64,000 nt of DNA. Origin: an uncultured Thermoplasmatales archaeon. GTDB taxonomy: Archaea > Thermoplasmatota > E2 > DHVEG-1. Below the pieces are notes generated by a model. The model was not told the DNA's origin and did no database searches. It saw only the letters and a program-made list of their open reading frames with translations. The DNA lies in the NCBI GenBank assembly GCA_964597365.1, contig CAZQXW010000003.1, forward strand, positions 15,139 to 79,138, in the 5' to 3' direction. Made by a program: the position numbers and the translations under genes. Position 1 is the first letter of the stretch. The number at the start of each line of letters is the position of its first letter. Of this stretch, positions 28,618 to 36,825 are shown piece after piece.

Positions 28618-29070
28618 TTATACCTCTTCTTTTACTGTTTCAAAGCAAGCAAAAGTCAAAGTTCTTCCCACCCCTTTAAGTTTTCTAAGCTTGTCTACAA
28701 CTAGTTTTCCAATTTGCTCAAGTGATTCACCCCTAGCTTTTATTAAAAGATCGTATTCTCCTGAGATGATATGTACCTCACTTATCGATTTTATTTTTGA
28801 TATTCGTTTTGCAAGTTCTCTTTGTGAGATATCTGTATTTGGAAGAAAAGATACGAAAATGAATACTTCTGTAGAAAGTCCTATTTTTTTGTAGTTAATT
28901 GATGTGCTGAATTTTTTAATTATTCCTTTTTCTTTTAGTTTTTGTATCCTATCATGAACTGTTACTCTTGGAATTTGAATGTTTTTTGCGATATTTTTTG
29001 TTGAATTTCTAGAGTTTTTCTTAAGCTCATTAAGTATCATCTGATCTTTTTTATCAATCATAATTAACAT
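28618..29070 (-). CDS. Lrp/AsnC-family transcriptional regulator
   Basis: 150 aa. N-terminal HTH (LDKKDQMILNELKKNSRNSTKNIAKNIQIPRVTVHDRIQKL) plus C-terminal RAM domain. Confidence 0.9.
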   Translation of the reverse strand: MLIMIDKKDQMILNELKKNSRNSTKNIAKNIQIPRVTVHDRIQKLKEKGIIKKFSTSINYKKIGLSTEVFIFVSFLPNTDISQRELAKRISKIKSISEVHIISGEYDLLIKARGESLEQIGKLVVDKLRKLKGVGRTLTFACFETVKEEV

Positions 29071-29166
29071 AATGTCGGTTTTTATATTAATATTTTATCA
29101 TTTTTCGAATATATGACAATTATTTTAACAATATGTTTATATATGATTTTTGACAAATAACAGGTT
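29071..29166. promoter_or_regulatory. Divergent intergenic control region between Lrp/AsnC regulator and asnA-like gene
   Basis: 96-nt AT-rich spacer between divergently transcribed genes. The arrangement mirrors the bacterial asnC-asnA divergon. Confidence 0.3.
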
Positions 29167-30060
29167 ATGAAAAGTAAAAAAGTCGCTGTATTAAAAATCC
29201 AAAGTAAAATAAGAAGAATACTTGCAGATTATTTAGAGTCAAAAGATTTTATCGAAATATCTCCTGTAATACTATCACCTATGACCGATCCCTTGAATCA
29301 TCCAACAGCGCCAGGGGACGTTGAATGTTATGGTAGAAAATATCACCTTACCCAAAGTATGATCTTTCACAAACAAGTAGCACTAAAAACACTTGATAAA
29401 ATCTTTGTTTTCTCACCAAATGTAAGACTTGAAGGAAAAGAAAGAAAAGATACAGGAAGGCACCTTTTTGAGTTTACACAACTTGATTTAGAAATAAAAG
29501 GAGCAAAAAGAGAAGATGTAATAAGACTATGCGAAGAGATGATTAAAGATTTAATAACGTCGATAAAGGAGAGCTGTAAGGATGAATTAGAGCAACTCCA
29601 AAGAGAGATAAAAGTTCCAAAAACTCCTTTCAAAAGGATTTCCTATAAAGAAGCATATGAAAAATATGGTGAAGACTTTGAAACAATTATTTCAAAGAAA
29701 AATAAAGAACCCGTATGGATCATAGATATGCCAATCATGCAACGAGAATTCTATGATAAAGAACACAAAGACAAAAAAGGCTATCTTGCAGATATGGACC
29801 TAATTTATCCAGAAGGATATGGCGAGGCACTTTCTGGAGGAGAAAGAGAATTTGAATATGAAAGAATCAAAAAACGCATGAAGATTAAAGGTAAAAAATA
29901 TTCAGAATTCAAAGAGTACTTAAAAATCGCAGAAAAAGGACTCCCCCCTTCTGCAGGTTTTGGTATAGGAATAGAAAGACTTACAAGGTTTATATGTGGG
30001 CTTAAGAAAATAGAAGAAGCAACATTGTTTCCAAAGATACCTGGGAAAAAATGTGTTTAA
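29167..30060 (+). CDS. asnA: Archaeal asparagine synthetase A-like (AsnRS-paralog, aspartate-ammonia ligase)
   Basis: 297 aa class-II aaRS catalytic core without anticodon-binding domain. Motif 2 FEFTQLDLEI and motif 3 GFGIGIERL. Confidence 0.8.
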   Translation: MKSKKVAVLKIQSKIRRILADYLESKDFIEISPVILSPMTDPLNHPTAPGDVECYGRKYHLTQSMIFHKQVALKTLDKIFVFSPNVRLEGKERKDTGRHLFEFTQLDLEIKGAKREDVIRLCEEMIKDLITSIKESCKDELEQLQREIKVPKTPFKRISYKEAYEKYGEDFETIISKKNKEPVWIIDMPIMQREFYDKEHKDKKGYLADMDLIYPEGYGEALSGGEREFEYERIKKRMKIKGKKYSEFKEYLKIAEKGLPPSAGFGIGIERLTRFICGLKKIEEATLFPKIPGKKCV

Positions 30061-30956
30061 AGCTTTAAATCCTTAACAAGATGGATTAATAATTTGTTTA
30101 GATTTGCATCAATATTGTTTTCCCGTGCTTTCTTAAAGATTATTCCATTGATTGAATCTATTTCTGTTTTTTTGTTATTTTGAACGCTTTGAAGCATAGA
30201 TGAAAAATTTTCTTTTGTATCTTCTATTACTTCGACAGTTTTATTTAAAGTATAACCTTTTTCCAATGAATATCCACAAGAATTTGCAACAGTAGTCGAC
30301 TCATAACATATTTTTTCAACTATATCTTTAAGTACAGGGTTTTCTAACAAATAACCATTCTTACAGTTGAAGATAGTGGTAAGCGGGTTAATACTAGAAT
30401 TAACAACTGCTTTTATCCACATTTCTTTTAAGATATCATGGCTTACAGTTGTTTTTATACCAACCTTATCAAATAGTTTTGCAATAGAAGATATATTATT
30501 ACATTTATCCTGAAAAGAGCCTATAACAGTTTTACCAACACCAGTATGCTTAATATAACCAGATTCTAAAAAAACAGAACCATGTGTTGTTATACAAACA
30601 ACAATTTGTTCTTTTTTAACATGCTTTTTTATTTTTTCAATATTGTCAAGACCATTTTGCAAAGAAATTATAATAGTTTTTTTCCCGACGATTTTTTTAA
30701 TACTTTCAGCAGCTTTTCCAGTGTCATATGATTTTACAGATAGGATTATAATATCTGGAGTGAAATCAATATTTTTAACATTTTCAACTGCTGATACATT
30801 TGCATCGAGATTTGTCTTACCTTTTATTGTAAGCCCTTTTTTGTTTATCGAATCAATGTGATCCTTACGACCCACTAAAACAACTTTGTTATTTTTTGAA
30901 AGAAGACCTCCGAAAAGAGAGCCGATTGCCCCAGCACCAAAAACAACTATGTTCAT
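30057..30956 (-). CDS. panE: 2-dehydropantoate 2-reductase (ketopantoate reductase)
   Basis: MNIVVFGAGAIGSLFGGLL Rossmann N-terminus, ApbA C-terminal domain, 299 aa. Confidence 0.8.
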   Translation of the reverse strand: MNIVVFGAGAIGSLFGGLLSKNNKVVLVGRKDHIDSINKKGLTIKGKTNLDANVSAVENVKNIDFTPDIIILSVKSYDTGKAAESIKKIVGKKTIIISLQNGLDNIEKIKKHVKKEQIVVCITTHGSVFLESGYIKHTGVGKTVIGSFQDKCNNISSIAKLFDKVGIKTTVSHDILKEMWIKAVVNSSINPLTTIFNCKNGYLLENPVLKDIVEKICYESTTVANSCGYSLEKGYTLNKTVEVIEDTKENFSSMLQSVQNNKKTEIDSINGIIFKKARENNIDANLNKLLIHLVKDLKL

Positions 30957-30961
30957 AATTT

Positions 30962-31843
30962 TTACAAACCTATGTATCTCTTTTTGTTATTAATCTCTGA
31001 TTCTTCTAAGCCAATAAGTGGGTGAAGGGTCGGCGTTTTAACTTTGTTTTTAAAGAGCTTTATTTTTTCCAAATCTTTTATTGTAAATCCTGTAACCATT
31101 GCATCACATTTTCTTTCTTTTGCAATTTCATCAAGATCTTTTTCGGTTTTTTCACAGAGGAAAATACAGTACCAGTTTTTGGAAAAAGATTCAGCCTTGT
31201 TTTGTAAAGCTTCGTCTTTTATGAAAAATACAGGCATGCACCCTCTTCTCATAAGATACCATGATGCAAGTATGGACTGCTCGGAATCAATATATGAAAG
31301 AACCCGGCCTTGAGTTCCTAAAGGAAGCCCTCCTTCAGAGGGTTTTTTTTCAAAGAACAAAAAGGATTCATTTTCAATTATTTCAACAAATAACGTTATA
31401 TCAGGATAGGATAAATTTACCGGTGCTTTCGTTTCTTCTTGTATAACTTTTCCCAAAAAAACTGCAATATCTTGGCTTGTAAAATCATGATTTCCGGTTC
31501 TATTAACTTTTAATGCAAAACTTGTTTTTTCTGTTATTTTGTTTTTTATTATGTTAAGTGCGAGTTGTTTTAGTTCTTTTTTGGATGTTTTTGTTTTAAA
31601 AGCAGGACTAAAAGAGGTTATTCCAAATATTTTTTTAAGAACTTTTGAACATTCTTCTATCTGATATGAAAGGACATATATTCTTGCCCTTTTTCTTTCT
31701 ATTTCAAATTCTATGCCTTGTTTTTCTAAAGATTTTTTAATGTTTTTTACAAGAGAGTTCTCAAAAATTCTTCGCGTAATGTTTTGTTTTAGGCCAATTT
31801 CACCATATCTTACTATAATTAGTTCTGGTTTCACATAGGCCAT
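30962..31843 (-). CDS. ThiI-like THUMP-domain protein with degenerate PP-loop (probably not a canonical tRNA 4-thiouridine synthase)
   Basis: Canonical ThiI start LIIVRYGEIGLKQNITRRIFE and THUMP region (GGLPLGTQGRVLSY). The PP-loop SGGIDS is replaced by SYIDSEQS, and the downstream SQT-like block by TIKD. The C-terminal PLIGLEESEI block is retained. Confidence 0.65.
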   Translation of the reverse strand: MAYVKPELIIVRYGEIGLKQNITRRIFENSLVKNIKKSLEKQGIEFEIERKRARIYVLSYQIEECSKVLKKIFGITSFSPAFKTKTSKKELKQLALNIIKNKITEKTSFALKVNRTGNHDFTSQDIAVFLGKVIQEETKAPVNLSYPDITLFVEIIENESFLFFEKKPSEGGLPLGTQGRVLSYIDSEQSILASWYLMRRGCMPVFFIKDEALQNKAESFSKNWYCIFLCEKTEKDLDEIAKERKCDAMVTGFTIKDLEKIKLFKNKVKTPTLHPLIGLEESEINNKKRYIGL

Positions 31844-31885
31844 ATTTGTGCTTTGTTACATTAATATTTCTAGAAAATAACACTT

Positions 31886-32560
31886 TTATGAGATGGTTTT
31901 TAATTTGTCTCCGTTGTTTTCTGCAAAACGACCAAGGCATTTATAGCATCTCATAAGGTCTTTGTTTGAGATTATAATGCTAATTTCTGTTTTTGTAAGA
32001 ATTAAGTCAAGTACGTTTATATTTTCCCATGCAAGAAAACGGGTTACATCATATATTACTCCCGAGGTGAATAAGAATTCTTCTGAGAAGGTCAAAGAGA
32101 TAGATACCAAGTCATCTACGGTTTCAAGTATGCTTTTTTCATATAGCAGGTCCAATAATTTTTCTTTGTAACGCATGTTTGTTATAATTGAAACTTCAAA
32201 GTTGCCTTGTATTATATTCAGGATTCCTCCTCTTTTAAAATCGACTATTGAGTAAAAATCTTTCAATTTGTGTAAAAGATCGGGTGATTCTTCCAATACA
32301 ACATAGCATATCTCTGTTTTTATGGTCTCAATTGCATATCTAAATGAGGGTAACGAATGCGATTGTTTAACATCATCCGCATGTCTTCTCAATGCCATCA
32401 CTATAGCAGAATCTTTGACTTTTTTTCCGATTTCTTGCTCTATTTCAGGTTTTAGATACTTTGCTAGAAGACTATAAGATATAATGTTTCTGTTCAAAGA
32501 CTCTTGAATTAGGACCTCCCGCTCCAATAATTTCTTTACTATGTTGCTAATAGTTACCAT
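31886..32560 (-). CDS. Hypothetical protein, probable ACT-domain regulator of amino-acid metabolism (COG2150-like)
   Basis: 224 aa. C-terminal beta-alpha-beta-beta-alpha-beta ACT-like segments (ICYVVLEE..., LVSISLTF...). The N-terminal helical region could be an HTH. Weak call. Confidence 0.4.
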   Translation of the reverse strand: MVTISNIVKKLLEREVLIQESLNRNIISYSLLAKYLKPEIEQEIGKKVKDSAIVMALRRHADDVKQSHSLPSFRYAIETIKTEICYVVLEESPDLLHKLKDFYSIVDFKRGGILNIIQGNFEVSIITNMRYKEKLLDLLYEKSILETVDDLVSISLTFSEEFLFTSGVIYDVTRFLAWENINVLDLILTKTEISIIISNKDLMRCYKCLGRFAENNGDKLKTIS

Positions 32561-32804
32561 TTTAACACCTTTTTAGATATTTAACATAGTTATAACAATA
32601 ACGTTAATCGGGATGCGCATACTTATACTTTTTGTTATTATGCTTACACCATATATAAAAACCATAAGTATAAATGTTGTAATTAGAGCAATAAAAAGTC
32701 GTTATTATAATAACGTGAAAATATATAAAAAGGGAATAAAGAAAATAATGGAACATAATGAAAAGTATTTATACTAATCAAACAAACCAATATTATAAAG
32801 AAAA

Positions 32805-35168
32805 ATGAATAATAAAATAAAACTATCGCTGGCTTTCATAGTAGTCCTCAGTCTGACTTTTAATTATTTTGTAATAGATCCAGTGAGATCCCTAGAAAAC
32901 TCAGAAGAAAGCAACAGGTTTGGAGCAGGATACAGATACAACATACAAGGATGGGTCTATCTGCATATAGAGGGTGAACCTTACGAAAGAGGTTATCAAT
33001 ATGGTTATCTCTGTTCAGATGAAATTTTAGATTTAATGAGCAGATGGGGAGATTTTGGATCCGATGTAAAAATTGCAAATATATTCAAAGTTAAAACATC
33101 TGAAAGATGGTGGGATCTTTGTAAATCAATTACTCTAAAACATTCCTTAAAAGAATACCCTGAAGAGTATAAGCAAGAGATAAGAGGAATAGCAGATGGT
33201 GTAAGAGCAAAAGGGGGAACACTACACGGAAACCCAATTGAATTTGAAGATATATTGACACTCAACGAAATGCAGGGATGCTGGTATCGTTTAAAGTACT
33301 TATTCAATGTGTTTCATCCATTTAGAGACATATATCATGGTGTAAAAAATCTATTCAAACAAGAATCTACTGAAGAAGGTTTTTGTAGCGTATTTCTAGC
33401 AACAGGAGATGCTACAACTAATGGAGAAATGATTGCGGTTCATTCCACACAACCATTATACTGTCTTGACGAGCGTTTCAATTTTGTAGTAGACGTAACA
33501 CCAAGCGAAGGGAACAGATTTATTATGGCTGGAACACCGCCTGGATTCATATGGAGTCTTGTGAATTTCTATCAAAATGAGCAGGGAATTATACTAATGG
33601 AATCAACTCTACCTCAGGGGCCATGGAAAAATAAAGGTATACCCATTGCTGTGCGTTCTAGAAAAGCTATACAATACTCGGATTGTATAGACGAGGTAAT
33701 TGACACTCTTAAAACTGGAAATAACGGACTATATGAATGTGAATGGCTGATAGGGGATACAAAGACAGGTGAGATAGCATCCATAGAATTAGCATTGTAT
33801 AACACACCCGTAAAAAGAACGTATAACGGTTTTTATTGGTCTTGCAATTATCCTCACAATCCCGCAGTTAAAAGAGAGGTTTCTGGGGGAATACCCACAC
33901 CAGTTACAAATATGATTACGAATGTATTTGAAAATTCAAAAAACATAAGAGCAGAAAAATTCCAAGAAATAGAACAAGACTACTACGGAAAAATTGATAT
34001 TGAAAAAACTAAAGAAATAATCTCAATAGATCCTATTTGTAGGAATAGTTGTGATGCTAAAATTACATCAAGCAACCTAATCAGAGATATGGGGCTAGTG
34101 CTTCATATGGGCAATCCAAACGGAAAAGAATGGATCCCCTCATCAGAAGAAAAAGAAAAAATTCAGGGAGTTACAACTCTCCCAGCAAGCGGTTGGGTAG
34201 AGATATACCCACCAAACAATAAAACAAATATCCCTTACAAAAAAGAAGTGAACAACCACTACAAAAATAGCAAAGTTTTATGGACATGTAAAATAGAAGA
34301 GGACAAATATAAGAAAACAGGTCTTTCTTCATACGAAGTATCACAGGATTCAATCTACGTTTTTACTGATTCAAATAACGCATATGTACTGGATAAAAAA
34401 ACAGGACAGAGAAAATCGATTAAGTCAATAGAGGAAATGAAATCAGAAGTTCTAAAAGAAGAAGGAGATATAGTAAAAACAAGCATATCTGAAGAAACAT
34501 TATCTGTCTTTGGTAGTAAAGACAATAAAAAATTATGGGAATTCAAAGCTAATGCAAAAATAACATCCCTTCCATCAGTAAAAGAAGATACGCTGTGTTT
34601 TGGGTCATGGGATGGTAAAATTTATTCACTTGACCCTCTCACGGGAGAAAAAAAATGGGATTTTGAAACAGGATGGGGTGTTGTTACAAAACCCGCAGTA
34701 ACAGAGAATCTTGTTTTATTCGGATCACTTGACAATAATTTCTATGCTGTTGACAGGAACAATGGAGAAATAGAGTGGTCTTTTACATGTAATGCAGGAA
34801 TTCAATCAAGCCCTGCCGTATACGGAGAATATGTGTTCTTTGGTTGTGATGATGGAGTGCTTTATGCACTAAATCAAAAAACTGGAAATCTTGGCTGGAA
34901 GTTTAAACCAAAATATTCAATAGAAGAAAATATGGTGCAAAACTACCTTACAACGCCTATAAATTCAGATCCAGTGATAGATAATGGAACAATTTACATC
35001 TCTGTAGAAGACACCCTTTATGCGCTTGATACGCAAACAACAGAATCTGAAAAAAGTGTTGATCAAAAACAAGTAAGCACAGAGAGTTATGCAATCACAA
35101 CAATTGTTATCTCTTGCTTAGTAGCTTTACTTTTATTAATGCTTTATATAAGAAAATATAGAAAATAA
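32805..35168 (+). CDS. Secreted, C-terminally membrane-anchored fusion of an Ntn-hydrolase (peptidase C69/C45-like) domain and a PQQ-repeat beta-propeller
   Basis: Signal peptide MNNKIKLSLAFIVVLSLTFN. Putative Ntn nucleophile block EGFCSVFLATGDATTNGEMIAVHSTQ resembles C69 dipeptidase N-termini. The C-terminal half has PQQ-like blades (NNAYVLDKKTG, GKIYSLDPLTGEKKWDF, NNFYAVDRNNGEIEWSF, GVLYALNQKTGNLGWKF, TLYALD). C-terminal TM IVISCLVALLLLMLYIRKYRK. Confidence 0.75.
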   Translation: MNNKIKLSLAFIVVLSLTFNYFVIDPVRSLENSEESNRFGAGYRYNIQGWVYLHIEGEPYERGYQYGYLCSDEILDLMSRWGDFGSDVKIANIFKVKTSERWWDLCKSITLKHSLKEYPEEYKQEIRGIADGVRAKGGTLHGNPIEFEDILTLNEMQGCWYRLKYLFNVFHPFRDIYHGVKNLFKQESTEEGFCSVFLATGDATTNGEMIAVHSTQPLYCLDERFNFVVDVTPSEGNRFIMAGTPPGFIWSLVNFYQNEQGIILMESTLPQGPWKNKGIPIAVRSRKAIQYSDCIDEVIDTLKTGNNGLYECEWLIGDTKTGEIASIELALYNTPVKRTYNGFYWSCNYPHNPAVKREVSGGIPTPVTNMITNVFENSKNIRAEKFQEIEQDYYGKIDIEKTKEIISIDPICRNSCDAKITSSNLIRDMGLVLHMGNPNGKEWIPSSEEKEKIQGVTTLPASGWVEIYPPNNKTNIPYKKEVNNHYKNSKVLWTCKIEEDKYKKTGLSSYEVSQDSIYVFTDSNNAYVLDKKTGQRKSIKSIEEMKSEVLKEEGDIVKTSISEETLSVFGSKDNKKLWEFKANAKITSLPSVKEDTLCFGSWDGKIYSLDPLTGEKKWDFETGWGVVTKPAVTENLVLFGSLDNNFYAVDRNNGEIEWSFTCNAGIQSSPAVYGEYVFFGCDDGVLYALNQKTGNLGWKFKPKYSIEENMVQNYLTTPINSDPVIDNGTIYISVEDTLYALDTQTTESEKSVDQKQVSTESYAITTIVISCLVALLLLMLYIRKYRK

Positions 35169-35261
35169 CTGATATATTTATAAACTATAAAAACAACAAT
35201 TAATGTTTAGAGGTCGATTACAATAGCAAAAGAACTTTGGAATTCACGTTTCATATTCATT

Positions 35262-36698
35262 ATGGCTGCAGTTGGATCAGCCGTAGGTCTTGGAAATGTT
35301 TGGCGATTTCCCTATGTTTGTTATCAAAACGGCGGTGGAGCTTTTTTAATTCCTTATTTTGTAGCCCTTTTTACAGCTGGAATACCTCTAATGATTCTCG
35401 AGTTTTCAGTAGGTCACTGGGCACGTAAAGCCCCACCTGAAGCTTTCAAAAAAATTGGTAAAAGATGGGAATGGGCAGGATGGGCAACTGTTCTAATGCC
35501 CTTTGTCGTAGCGATATATTACGTAGTGATTATGGCATGGTGCTTTTCATACATGATATATGCGGTAGACTTGAGATGGGGTTTAAGTGCAGACTCTTTT
35601 TTTTCAAGTTTTTTGGGAGACACTGGAAGCCCAGTAACTTTAGGTGGACTAAGTATACCAATACTTCTGGGACTCGTTGCTATTTGGTTTACTGTATTTT
35701 TTATACTCTACAAAGGAGTAAAACGTATTGGAAAAGTAGTTGCACTTACTGTACCTATACCAACCATTCTTCTGATTATTTTAACAGTTAGAGGAATGAC
35801 TCTCCCTGGAGCAATTGAAGGCATTAGCTACTATTTGACCCCTAACTTTTCAAGTTTGTTAGATATCAATGTATGGCTTGCAGCATATGCACAAATATTT
35901 TTCTCAATCGGAGTTGCACAAGGAATAATGATTACTTATGCAAGTTTTCTAAAAAAGAAATCAGATATCAACAACAATGCATTCATAATATCTCTTGCTG
36001 ATGCAGGGACAAGTTTTCTTGCAGGATTTACTGTATTTAGTGTCGTAGGTTATCTTGCATCGACTCAAGGAATAAGTATAGCTGCTTTGGGTGAACAAAT
36101 TGCAGGGCCAAATCTTACATTTGTAACATATCCTACAGCAATTTCGCTTCTACCCTTTGCTGCAGCTTTCTTTGGCTTTATCTTTTTTGTTGCACTTCTT
36201 ACTTTTGGGATAGATTCTGCATTTTCAATGATCGAGCCTATATCTGCAAGCATTAATGACAAATTCAAGTTTTCAAAAGCAAAAGCTGTAGGGATACTTT
36301 GCTCTCTAGGTTTTGTTTTCAGCTTAATGTTTATAATGGGAAATGGACTCCATTTGGTAAACATATTTGATCATTTTATAGCAAACTTTGGACTTGTGAT
36401 AATCGGTCTTATAGAATGTATATTGTTTGGGTGGTTGTTTACTGTTAAAAAAATAAGAGATCATGCCAACTCTACTTCAGATATAAAGATTGGTAGATGG
36501 TGGGACATTCTTATAAAATATGTAATACCTCTGGTGTTATCAGTAATTCTAATCCTTTCCATTATTGAAAACATTACAAAACCATATAATGGCCATTCAT
36601 GGAATATACTTGTACCCTTAGGTGTAATACCCATAGTGTTACTGTTTGTCTTTTCATTTATTTTCGCAAAGCTAAGGCCCAAAGGAGGAAAAAGATAA
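35262..36698 (+). CDS. Sodium:neurotransmitter/amino-acid symporter (NSS/SNF family)
   Basis: GSAVGLGNVWRFPY signature and 11-12 TM. The conserved family N-terminal block (ELWNSRFIFIMAAVGS) is encoded in-frame upstream of the first ATG, with no canonical start before the TAG at 35208. Confidence 0.95.
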   Translation: MAAVGSAVGLGNVWRFPYVCYQNGGGAFLIPYFVALFTAGIPLMILEFSVGHWARKAPPEAFKKIGKRWEWAGWATVLMPFVVAIYYVVIMAWCFSYMIYAVDLRWGLSADSFFSSFLGDTGSPVTLGGLSIPILLGLVAIWFTVFFILYKGVKRIGKVVALTVPIPTILLIILTVRGMTLPGAIEGISYYLTPNFSSLLDINVWLAAYAQIFFSIGVAQGIMITYASFLKKKSDINNNAFIISLADAGTSFLAGFTVFSVVGYLASTQGISIAALGEQIAGPNLTFVTYPTAISLLPFAAAFFGFIFFVALLTFGIDSAFSMIEPISASINDKFKFSKAKAVGILCSLGFVFSLMFIMGNGLHLVNIFDHFIANFGLVIIGLIECILFGWLFTVKKIRDHANSTSDIKIGRWWDILIKYVIPLVLSVILILSIIENITKPYNGHSWNILVPLGVIPIVLLFVFSFIFAKLRPKGGKR

Positions 36699-36799
36699 TG
36701 CTTCCATTGTCTGCAATTATAATGTTTATATTTGGTGCAACGGTAATCTACGGGGGGCTTGCATATTTTATCTATAGAGCCGTGAAAAAGAACAAATAG
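36698..36799 (+). CDS. Small single-TM protein (33 aa), putative accessory subunit of the NSS transporter
   Basis: ATG overlaps the NSS stop (TAATG). MLPLSAIIMFIFGATVIYGGLAYFIYRAVKKNK is one TM plus a basic tail. Small subunits paired with NSS-type transporters are known in bacteria (MetPS). Confidence 0.5.
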   Translation: MLPLSAIIMFIFGATVIYGGLAYFIYRAVKKNK

Positions 36800-36825
36800 A
36801 GATATAATTTAGATTAAGGTTATAA

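Noticed and set aside
35237-35428. 63-aa ORF overlapping the NSS gene start in another frame
   Set aside because: The NSS frame carries the family signature. The alternative frame has no features.
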